A stretch of DNA of 20,038 nucleotides from a bacterium (lineage in GTDB: Bacteria; SZUA-182; DTGQ01; JAFGSM01): positions 1 through 20,038 of the forward strand of contig JBLIRP010000069.1 in assembly GCA_049472355.1 (NCBI GenBank), written 5' to 3'. The notes under the pieces are model-generated. The model was not told the DNA's origin, ran no database searches, and saw only the letters and a list, made by a program, of their open reading frames with translations. Positions within the stretch are counted from its first letter, which is position 1; every line of letters starts with the position of its first letter. The translations under genes and the position numbers were made by a program. Below are positions 8,401-16,431 of the stretch, in pieces.

Positions 8401-9049
8401 ACAGAATGCCCATTTTTTGAAATCCGAACCAGAGGAAGGCGACGCCGAACAGGCACAGTATGCCCCCGCACGCGATCATGATCCCTCGATAGAGCCGGTT
8501 TGACAGGAATCGCTTTCCCCCGCACACGCCGAAGGATACCAGGGTGTACCATGCAAAGTCGGCGGCAATGTGGCCGGTGAAAAAGGTGAATATCCCTATC
8601 CAGCCGTATATGAGGCTCGCCGCCACATACCCGATGCCGATCGTTGCCCACCAGACGGACCAATAGGGATTGGAAATACTTGCCAGTATCCCGGTGATGA
8701 CCGGGCCGTAGGAGGAATGCCGTGGTTTATCCACACAAAAGGAGAGGCTGAGTCCCCTGGCCTTTGATAACGTGTCCCAGCCCATCCACAGGAGTATGCC
8801 CCCCCCGAGGATGCTGATGACCCCCACCACCTTGGCGATCGTGAAGAGGTGACCGAAGCCTGCGATAATGATGAGTATCAGGCCGAGCTCCAGTATGGCG
8901 TGTCCGATGATCAGGAAGAATCCGGTCCATTTTCCCCTTTTCATTGATTCAGTGATGGTGACGGTCAATAGGGGGCCCGGCATGAGGGCGCCCGAGAGTG
9001 CGACAATGAAGGCACTTATGAAGATACCGAAAAGCTTTACGATGTTCAT
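8399..9049 (-). CDS. LysE/RhtB-family translocator
   Basis: SGALMPGPLL N-terminal motif, GHAILEL, SNPYW; ~6 TM segments; 216 aa. Confidence 0.88.
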   Translation of the reverse strand: MNIVKLFGIFISAFIVALSGALMPGPLLTVTITESMKRGKWTGFFLIIGHAILELGLILIIIAGFGHLFTIAKVVGVISILGGGILLWMGWDTLSKARGLSLSFCVDKPRHSSYGPVITGILASISNPYWSVWWATIGIGYVAASLIYGWIGIFTFFTGHIAADFAWYTLVSFGVCGGKRFLSNRLYRGIMIACGGILCLFGVAFLWFGFQKMGIL

Positions 9050-9134
9050 TGCATGCTCCGCTTAGGGGATTCAGGCTGTTGATGATGCTCCACGACTCCG
9101 ACGGGGCATGTGTCGCCGGTTGTTCCACTCCTGC

Positions 9135-10517
9135 TCAATGGCATGAGGATGTATACGATCCTTCTATGATACTACGACGCACGGTGTTTGCAATGCCCTT
9201 TGTGTCGAGATGGTCCTGCCAGGTAAAGTGCTCCCATGCACAGGGAAAGATCGAGTTGTTGTGGAACAGGGGGTCGTGCTCCAGGGCGAACCTGGAGTAG
9301 TGCACGGCCTCTTCCCAGACAGGGGTGCCGGGGATCGGAGAGAATTCCGCCAGCACCGGCACCCCTCCCAGGGCCGCCACCCTGTGGATGCTCGCCTCCA
9401 CTTCCTTGACATGCTGACCGGGGAGCCCGGTGAGTATGTACACGCCGAGGTCGGCGGCTGAAAATCCGGCCTCTGCAAAATGGTGGAGCGCCATCTCGAG
9501 CTCCTCATCCCTCACCTTTCCCCCGGTGAGGTCCTGTCGCACGGTATTTGCCGTTTCATAGCCGAGGCGGATGGTCTTGAATCCCGCCCGGAACATGAGC
9601 TGTGCGAGTTCCCTGGTAACAAAGCGGGCGTGGAGCCCGTTGGGGGTATGGAGGGAGATGCCCTCCAGCCCCCGTTCCAGGACCCCATCGAGTATGGGCA
9701 TGATGTGTTCTTCAGGATCAAACAGGAGGGCATCGTCATAAAACACGATGTTCCTGATGCCGTATTCCCTGACCCAGTGTTCAATCTCCCTTACCACCCG
9801 CTGCGGTGATTGTCTGCCGATCCCCTGGTCGAGCAGGTGAGAGGCGCAGTATGAACACCTGAAGGGGCATCCCCGGGAGGTTTGAATGCATACATACCCC
9901 CGTTCGCTCAGAAGGTCGAAGGCGGGATAGGGCAATGCATCGAGATTGTCGTTGTCCGGGAGAAGTGGCACCTCTGTGCCGGTGAGCTCGTGAAGGAGGC
10001 CCAGCACCTTTCGCTCGGCGTGGCCGGAGAGCACGTAATCCGCGCCCAAGGTGACCGCATGCAGGGGACAGAGGGTCACATACGTGCCGCCGATGATGAT
10101 CGGTGCGTCCGGGAAGACCTCGCGCACGATTTTCATGGCATCCATGACCCCGGGATACCAATAGGTCATGCCTGTGGTCATCAGGATGGCCTCAGGGGAA
10201 TGAGATATGCCCTGCAACTCCTGCATGAAGATTTCAGGCGGGATGCCGTACCGCCCGTAGCGGCGAGGCACCGATGCCAACTGAAGCGGCTTTTTGATCT
10301 GCTGTTTGAGGTACTGACCGTGCCCGAACCCTCTGTCTCCCCGCGGCCTTTTTCCCCATCGCATACGGGGGTGATAGCGATCCAGGCAATCGATGACCTG
10401 CACCCTGAAATTGCTTTCTCTCAGCAGGGCGGCGATGGAGAGAAGGCCGTACGGTTTGAGCCAGCAATCGTAGGCGGCAAAATCGTAAATCCACGGATTG
10501 ATGAGGAGTACGCACAT
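9135..10517 (-). CDS. B12-binding-domain radical SAM protein
   Basis: N-terminal cobalamin-binding-like domain (LLINPW, PYGLLSIAALL, IIIGGTYVT); TSRGCPFRCSYC (CxxxCxxC); FYDDAL; RLGYET; GLPGQ. Confidence 0.9.
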   Translation of the reverse strand: MCVLLINPWIYDFAAYDCWLKPYGLLSIAALLRESNFRVQVIDCLDRYHPRMRWGKRPRGDRGFGHGQYLKQQIKKPLQLASVPRRYGRYGIPPEIFMQELQGISHSPEAILMTTGMTYWYPGVMDAMKIVREVFPDAPIIIGGTYVTLCPLHAVTLGADYVLSGHAERKVLGLLHELTGTEVPLLPDNDNLDALPYPAFDLLSERGYVCIQTSRGCPFRCSYCASHLLDQGIGRQSPQRVVREIEHWVREYGIRNIVFYDDALLFDPEEHIMPILDGVLERGLEGISLHTPNGLHARFVTRELAQLMFRAGFKTIRLGYETANTVRQDLTGGKVRDEELEMALHHFAEAGFSAADLGVYILTGLPGQHVKEVEASIHRVAALGGVPVLAEFSPIPGTPVWEEAVHYSRFALEHDPLFHNNSIFPCAWEHFTWQDHLDTKGIANTVRRSIIEGSYTSSCH

Positions 10518-10588
10518 GGATATGCAACTATACCGGACGGAAGGAAACCGTCAGCACTTCAGGTCCTTCAGGCAAGGTTCACGGATGA

Positions 10589-12280
10589 TCAAGGCGCATT
10601 CAGCACCGCCGCATAGGCATTGATCTCGCCCCATCCGAAGTACTGGTCCCACCCGATTGCACCGAGATCGATGGTGTTGGTCTCCATGATGTTTCTCACC
10701 TGGAGGGGCGTGAGGACAACCGTGGCCTTGTCGATGACAAGGGCTGCAACACCCGATGCCAGGGCACATGCAGGGGAGGTTCCTTCCATGAAATAGTAGA
10801 AGAAGGTGGAGAAGGTCGTGCCGTCGTGGGTCTGCTGCAGGATGCCGTCTGCGTAACCATCGAGGTTTTGATCCACGGTGATATTCCCCCCGGGTGCCAC
10901 CAGGTCAAGCTCGGCACCGTAATTCGAATAGCTCGGCCTGGTCCGGTCGTACTGCACCGCCCCGACGGAGACGCAGTTGGTATAGGCCGCGGGGTACTCA
11001 GGCACGCTTGAACCTGCATTGCCTGACGAACCGAACAGGATGACACCCTGGTTGAAGGCATAGACGACCGCAGCTTCTTCGGTCGCGGATACCCCGACAC
11101 CGCCGAGACTCAGGTTGATGACCTTGGCGCCGTTATTGGCGGCATAGTAGATACCGTCGGCCTCATCTGCAACCGTTACATTACCCAGACTGTCCATGAC
11201 CTTGACCGCCAATACGGTGGATGAGAAGGCCACGCCCGCCGTGCCCAGCAGGTTGTTGGTGGTTTGGGCGATACACCCGCACATGTGGGTTCCGTGACCG
11301 CTGTCGTCATCCGGCGTTGCATCGGCGTTCACGAAGTCCCATCCCGGTGTGATGAGGGTGCCGGCAAGGTCGGGGGCAAGGGCATAGGGGGCCGCATTGC
11401 GATAGGAAACCCCCGAATCGAGGAGCGCCACCACCACCCCCGTACCCCTGGCGAGGTCCCATGCCCAGTTGGTGAACATGTGGGGCAGGTGCCATTGATA
11501 CCGGTAGTAGGGATCATTGGGCACGAGGTGGGCGTGCCGGTAGTAATTGGGTTCTGCATAGAGCACCGCCGGTTCCATGGCAAGCGACTGCACCGTATCC
11601 ATGACGCTTGCTGTGGAGGGAATCGATGCGAGGGTGAACCCTGCATGGAGGCTGGTGCGGATTTCGGTGCACATGTGCCTGCTCAGGGCGAGGGCGCGGT
11701 CCTGGGGAGGGGCGCCGGGCTGAAACATGACGATCACCTGGCGGCTCACGTATCCCGGCACGAGCGGGGAATAGTTGACGCCGGCGACCTGTGTCGCTGC
11801 CCGCCCTATACGAAGCTCACCCGTATCGATGCCGGTTCCCGGGGTGGTTGCGGCCGGAGGAGGTGAAGGCACCACCTCTCTTCCGGTGCGCCATTGAGGA
11901 TCCGGTCTGTTATAGGCAAGGGTGAGGTTGAGGGTGTTGAACATGGTCGATAACGGGGTGGGACTCGCCGGTATATAGAAGGGGGCCTGTTGCCGGAAGG
12001 CGTAGGGATTGGGGTTAAACGATCCTGTCCTCCCGAAGGGGGGATAGAAGGGATACCCGGCATTCATCTGCGAAAAGCGCGGATAGGTCGAAGCGGGGAA
12101 AAAGTAACCGGGAAAACCGGAGGAGAAATTCGGCGCCGGAGACCACCAGGGTTGATAGTAGGGTGAAAAATAGGCTCCTGCTCGTTGAGCATGAAACGGT
12201 TGCATCAAGAAGAAGATGGCAAGTATGATAGCGCAGATGGTACAAAATGACACCTTTTCTCTGTTGCCCTGTGTAATCAT
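10589..12280 (-). CDS. Secreted S8 (subtilisin/thermitase-like) serine peptidase with prodomain and Tyr/Pro/Phe-rich N-terminal segment
   Basis: Triad motifs VALLDSG, DDSGHGTH, EGTS; oxyanion SSGN; prodomain ending YAEPNY; PNDPYY..QW; signal peptide ending AGA. Start at ATG 12280 (track start TTG 12301). Confidence 0.92.
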   Translation of the reverse strand: MITQGNREKVSFCTICAIILAIFFLMQPFHAQRAGAYFSPYYQPWWSPAPNFSSGFPGYFFPASTYPRFSQMNAGYPFYPPFGRTGSFNPNPYAFRQQAPFYIPASPTPLSTMFNTLNLTLAYNRPDPQWRTGREVVPSPPPAATTPGTGIDTGELRIGRAATQVAGVNYSPLVPGYVSRQVIVMFQPGAPPQDRALALSRHMCTEIRTSLHAGFTLASIPSTASVMDTVQSLAMEPAVLYAEPNYYRHAHLVPNDPYYRYQWHLPHMFTNWAWDLARGTGVVVALLDSGVSYRNAAPYALAPDLAGTLITPGWDFVNADATPDDDSGHGTHMCGCIAQTTNNLLGTAGVAFSSTVLAVKVMDSLGNVTVADEADGIYYAANNGAKVINLSLGGVGVSATEEAAVVYAFNQGVILFGSSGNAGSSVPEYPAAYTNCVSVGAVQYDRTRPSYSNYGAELDLVAPGGNITVDQNLDGYADGILQQTHDGTTFSTFFYYFMEGTSPACALASGVAALVIDKATVVLTPLQVRNIMETNTIDLGAIGWDQYFGWGEINAYAAVLNAP

Positions 12281-12667
12281 GATACGCTTCCTGCCTTCCA
12301 AGGGTTTTGTGTGAGTTAAACGATGGATTGGTACTATGAAGATACGATATATATTAAAATATTATATTACAACAAGATAAAAATAACAGGGTATAGTGTC
12401 CAATAATTTTATAGATTACACCATGATAATTATACATTAATGGATTTCAATGTCATTTGTCAAATGGAATGTGTACCTGCTTCACCATATCCGCTTCAAC
12501 CTCATTGGGGGATAATGCAATTGGCCGGGTTGGTGATGATCCCTTCATTCGAATGTGCGGAGGGACGTACTGCTGCATTTCCATCCCTTTCCTTGATTCG
12601 CCACATGCCTGTAAGGGGTTCCCTGTCTGTTCGTTGACACCATTACGATGGAGCCATGCCGCCTTCC

Positions 12668-12697
12668 TTGACAGCCCATGCACTCCAACCCTATAAT
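12668..12697 (+). promoter_or_regulatory. Consensus sigma70 promoter
   Basis: TTGACA (12668-12673)-N18-TATAAT (12692-12697), 7 nt before ATG 12705. Confidence 0.7.
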
Positions 12698-12704
12698 TTT
12701 ACGT

Positions 12705-13154
12705 ATGGATAAGGACTGCTATGATGATATGATTACCAGGTGCCCGCTCCTGGGTGGGGAGGTTCCCTTTCGTTATTGCAGGAAGGTGGACGGAGGATCG
12801 CCCTGCAGGAGGGCGCCGGTTTGCTGGTCGGAGCACTTCGACATTGCGGAGTATATACGGAGGTTTTGCGCAGCTCACGAGATTGATCGGTTCCTTTCCG
12901 GGCCTGGTCCCGGGCGATTGGGACAGATCATGGAGAATTTGGAAAGGGTCAAGAGAATGGAAGCGGAAAAGAACATACAGAACACAAGGGATGAACTCAT
13001 AGAGGAAATCCGCACACAGGCCCCCGAAGGCAAAATAACCTGTGCCAAGGCATGGTCCCTGGCGGATCGGTTCCATTATTCCAAGCGGGATATGGGGAGG
13101 CTCCTTGATGAGTTGAAGATAAAACTGACCGACTGCCAGCTTGGCTGTTTTTAA
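12705..13154 (+). CDS. Cys-rich conserved hypothetical protein, apparently two fused small domains
   Basis: N-domain RCPLLGGEVPFRYC-x8-C-x5-CW; C-domain GKITCAKA...KIKLTDCQLGCF; 6 nt upstream of the radical SAM gene. The track start (12678) lies inside the promoter spacer. Confidence 0.8.
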   Translation: MDKDCYDDMITRCPLLGGEVPFRYCRKVDGGSPCRRAPVCWSEHFDIAEYIRRFCAAHEIDRFLSGPGPGRLGQIMENLERVKRMEAEKNIQNTRDELIEEIRTQAPEGKITCAKAWSLADRFHYSKRDMGRLLDELKIKLTDCQLGCF

Positions 13155-13160
13155 GTCAGC

Positions 13161-14105
13161 ATGTCATCCATCATTTTCGGTCCTGTTCCATCCCGGCGCC
13201 TCGGAAGATCCCTGGGGGTTGATCTCGTCCCTTACAAGACCTGCACCTTCGACTGTGTCTATTGCGAATTAGGGCCGACCACCTGTCACATACGAACACG
13301 ACGGTCTTACACCCCGGTGGATGTTCTCTGTGACGAACTCGGAGAGCGTCTTCAGCAGCTCAAGGGGGAGGTGGACATCGTTACCCTGGCGGGATCGGGA
13401 GAGCCGACGCTCAACGCGGATCTCGGGGTCATTATTGAGAGGATCAGGGGTATGACCGATCGCCCCCTGGGAATCCTCACCAACAGCTCGCTCCTTTCCG
13501 ACAAAGCGGTGAGGGATGCATTGATGCCGCTCGATCTGGTGGTCCCCTCCCTGGACGCGTTGAGCGACGACGTCTTTCAGCATATCAATCGACCCGTTGA
13601 GGGGATCGGGATAGAGGAGATCCTCCATGGATTGATTCGATTGCGGGAGGAGTTCACCGGGAAGATCTGGCTCGAGGTGCTCGTATGTCAGGGCATCAAT
13701 GATAGTGAATCGGAGCTTGTCCGGATAAAGGAGGCAGCGGATTCGATACATCCGGACAGGATCGACATCAACACGGTATTCAGACCACCCTCGGTCGAGG
13801 GTGTCCGCGCGGTGTCCCCGGACCGTTTGGAGGAGATTGCCGCGTTCATGGGTAAGAACGCCCAGGCGGTGGGCGCCGCACGCACCAGAGAAGGGGCTGC
13901 TGGGGGTTCCCGCAGCGTGCGCACCCGCCTTGCCACCCTTCTCCGGAGGAGACCCTGCACCTCGGATGATATTGCAAGCGCCCTGTGCCTTGCACGCATT
14001 GAGGCGCTGAAACTCGTCGAACAGATGGTTTCGGAGGGTACGATCGAAAGGATCGAGCACCAAGGAACCACCTACTACAAGGCCCCTGTCCCCGACCGGA
14101 CCTGA
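13161..14105 (+). CDS. Radical SAM protein (COG0731-like, 'GPVPSRRLG' family) with C-terminal wHTH-like region
   Basis: FGPVPSRRLGRSLGVDL, CTFDCVYC (CxxxCxxC), GSGEPTL, LTNSSL, PSLDA. Confidence 0.9.
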   Translation: MSSIIFGPVPSRRLGRSLGVDLVPYKTCTFDCVYCELGPTTCHIRTRRSYTPVDVLCDELGERLQQLKGEVDIVTLAGSGEPTLNADLGVIIERIRGMTDRPLGILTNSSLLSDKAVRDALMPLDLVVPSLDALSDDVFQHINRPVEGIGIEEILHGLIRLREEFTGKIWLEVLVCQGINDSESELVRIKEAADSIHPDRIDINTVFRPPSVEGVRAVSPDRLEEIAAFMGKNAQAVGAARTREGAAGGSRSVRTRLATLLRRRPCTSDDIASALCLARIEALKLVEQMVSEGTIERIEHQGTTYYKAPVPDRT

Positions 14106-14259
14106 TCAGGTTTGCCTGTCTCGATAGAAATTTTGGCACCAGTCAATTGTCCAACTATGCCGAAGCATTTCCTCAAGCAGGGCACCGCCTTGAAGTTTGG
14201 ATTCTCCATATAGCGTTTGGTGAGTGAGTCGCATGGCTCTGTCCGACGAAGGTTCATGA

Positions 14260-14337
14260 GGTTCATTCGCGGGGATTTTTTGTACACTGAAGGACAACAT
14301 GTCGCTGCGCTTCGCTCCGCCCTAACAAAGTTTTGTT
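14260..14337 (+). repeat. ~78-bp intergenic repeat, copy 5 (more diverged)
   Basis: ggttcattcgcggggattttttgta...aacatgtcgctgcgcttcgctccgccctaacaaagttttgtt; same 38-nt offset from ggt to cat as copies 1 and 2. Confidence 0.7.
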
Positions 14338-14406
14338 GCCGATAGTAGATGGTAGAAGCCCTTTCTCGTGCAATGCTTATCTGATATGTCGGCAAAGGAG
14401 AACAGA

Positions 14407-14889
14407 ATGAAAAGTTATTTCAAGATTGGTCGCGACATTGTTGTCGGCAAGGGATTTAGTGCGAAACACTGGGCAGGTCCGATTGTTTTTGGCAAGGAAG
14501 CCATTTACCTCCTACCCAATGGCGTATCTGTAAAATCACTAAGGGCTGGATACGATTCAGCATCGGCAGCTGCAGGGATGCTTGGAGGCATTATTGGCGG
14601 CGCTATAGCAGGGGCTTTGCAGGGTAAAGACAAATCAAAGCCAACATGGCAAGAGAATATCGCCGAGATCAATAAGCTTCCGCCAGAGGTTCTCTCAGAT
14701 CCGGATTGGAGCATGAAGAAAGGCAAGAGGCCAGTTATTTTGATCAAAAAAGACGACATCGATAAGTTTGAGCGGTCTGGCGGTAAACTTATGGTCGAAG
14801 CTTATGGAGACACCTTCAAATTGGGGCTTAAGCTGTTCGGACGCGGCAAAGCAATCGAAGCCATGAGAAATCTCGGATGGGCGGTATAG
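14407..14889 (+). CDS. Hypothetical protein with glycine-zipper segment
   Basis: AAAGGAG SD 6 nt before ATG 14407; 160 aa, Lys-rich; AAGMLGGIIGGAIAGAL. Confidence 0.75.
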   Translation: MKSYFKIGRDIVVGKGFSAKHWAGPIVFGKEAIYLLPNGVSVKSLRAGYDSASAAAGMLGGIIGGAIAGALQGKDKSKPTWQENIAEINKLPPEVLSDPDWSMKKGKRPVILIKKDDIDKFERSGGKLMVEAYGDTFKLGLKLFGRGKAIEAMRNLGWAV

Positions 14890-15040
14890 TTGCCATTCAT
14901 CTTCTGAGGAAAGAACCTTTGCCAATCAATGCCTGCAGCGGATCGGCTGTGCCGACCGTTGAGACATAACGTTCATGCCTGATTTTTTGAGCATGCGATG
15001 CACTGACAGACACTACACATGCAAAAGGGGATTCACCACC

Positions 15041-16012
15041 ATGCCTTATCGGGCAATCAAGTCGATATTCACGCTGTTTGCCGTTTTCATCCTGCTTGCC
15101 TGTTTTCATCACCAGGTGGTTGCCTGCGTGGGTGCGCGTGCATTGTCACTCGGCGGGGCCTTTACCGGGATTGCGGATGATACCGAGGCGACCTACTGGA
15201 ATCCTGCCGGGCTTGCCAAGGCGTCCTCCGGAATCTATACCATGCATAATCTGAATCATCGGCGGGAATTCAACTACGACGACTATGTTGGGATATCCTT
15301 CAAACGGGGCGGCTGGGGGGTAGGTGGACAGTATATAGGAAAATCCACCTCCAGACGGGCCTGGGTGCTCACCTCGGGGCACGGGGTCCAGTTGGGGGAA
15401 ATCGATGACGAATCAACGTGGCTCCAGGTCGGTGCGGGTCGTGCATGGTCATTTATCCTGATCGGGGCGAACCTTCGCTATGTGAAGGAAACACAGGAGA
15501 TAACGGTTGACTCGATTGTTCCTCCCCTCCATACCCGGAGTGAGGATTCCGCCTGGGCATGTGATATCGGGCTTCTCACCGAATTCGGTCCCCTGCGAAA
15601 CAAGGGACGTTCCAGGATGTTTTCCGCGGGGGTCCTCGTACAAGACCTGAACAGTCCTGAAATCCTGGGGCAGGAGTACATCGTCAATGTGCGGCCCGGA
15701 GCCGGGTTCAGGCCCTCTGATGGTTTTCTGCTGAGCATTGAGATATACGATGCAGCCTGTCAATACTTCGACCAACCGCAGGTTCGCATCGGGGCCGAAT
15801 GGATCGTCTCCCCTCCCGCCTCCGTTGGGGAGTTTGTACTCCGGGGTGGGGTGTATCACATGAACGAGCCCGGTTATCGAGCGGTTACCGGAGGGTTGGG
15901 GTACCTGCGGCCGTTTTCCGGCAATTTCTCCCTGGGGATGGATTACGCCTTCATGAGCTGGGAGGAGGCGAACAAGGTCACCCATCTTTTATCACTCGTA
16001 TGCAAGTTTTAA
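15041..16012 (+). CDS. Outer-membrane beta-barrel, PorV/PorQ-OmpP1/FadL-like (UPF0164-like)
   Basis: Signal peptide; VGARALSLGGAFTGIADD..ATYWNPAGLA; amphipathic strands; C-terminal Phe (HLLSLVCKF). Start at ATG 15041. Confidence 0.82.
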   Translation: MPYRAIKSIFTLFAVFILLACFHHQVVACVGARALSLGGAFTGIADDTEATYWNPAGLAKASSGIYTMHNLNHRREFNYDDYVGISFKRGGWGVGGQYIGKSTSRRAWVLTSGHGVQLGEIDDESTWLQVGAGRAWSFILIGANLRYVKETQEITVDSIVPPLHTRSEDSAWACDIGLLTEFGPLRNKGRSRMFSAGVLVQDLNSPEILGQEYIVNVRPGAGFRPSDGFLLSIEIYDAACQYFDQPQVRIGAEWIVSPPASVGEFVLRGGVYHMNEPGYRAVTGGLGYLRPFSGNFSLGMDYAFMSWEEANKVTHLLSLVCKF

Positions 16013-16431
16013 AGGGCGATTAACGGATTTGGACAAATCAGCGGTGTGTCCCTCTTGAAGGAACTCGCTTGATTTTTTCTCACCTTTCCCGCCATTTCGG
16101 TCGGACCCGGAACAGATGCGCCATGCAATCTTCACCGGGCTCTGTGGCTGCCGAGACCTGTGAGACTCCGGATAGAAATACCAATATACGGCATGGATTA
16201 GGGGACAGTAATGCCGATTTTGACCCTGCACCATCGTGCGCAGACATGTTGACACTTCCGGCCTGAAGATTCACAATCGGCATTGCCGGAGCGGGGAAGG
16301 GGGATTTGAATTCTGTCAATCCTTCAGTATATAATAATATTACTGCTATGTGGATGTTCTCATGTGATGCATCGAGAAGGAGGTATGTACAGAAGGGCAA
16401 TGGTAGTGCGTGAGCACAGGCGATTTCTCCT

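Noticed and set aside
9135..10517. B12 radical SAM as a menaquinone methyltransferase partnering MenA, or as part of the RiPP locus
   Set aside because: Known menaquinone methylases MenK/MqnK are HemN-like class C enzymes. The gene is 4 kb from menA and 9 kb from the peptide locus, with unrelated genes between.
12440..12696. Short ORFs in the S8 / Cys-protein intergenic region
   Set aside because: No SD or motifs, mutually overlapping, and they run into the consensus promoter at 12668-12697.
14298..14337. Repeat as an integron attC site (ccctaac / gttaggg)
   Set aside because: No matching RYYYAAC...GTTRRRY pair or long imperfect palindrome; no integrase; the flanking genes are mostly housekeeping.
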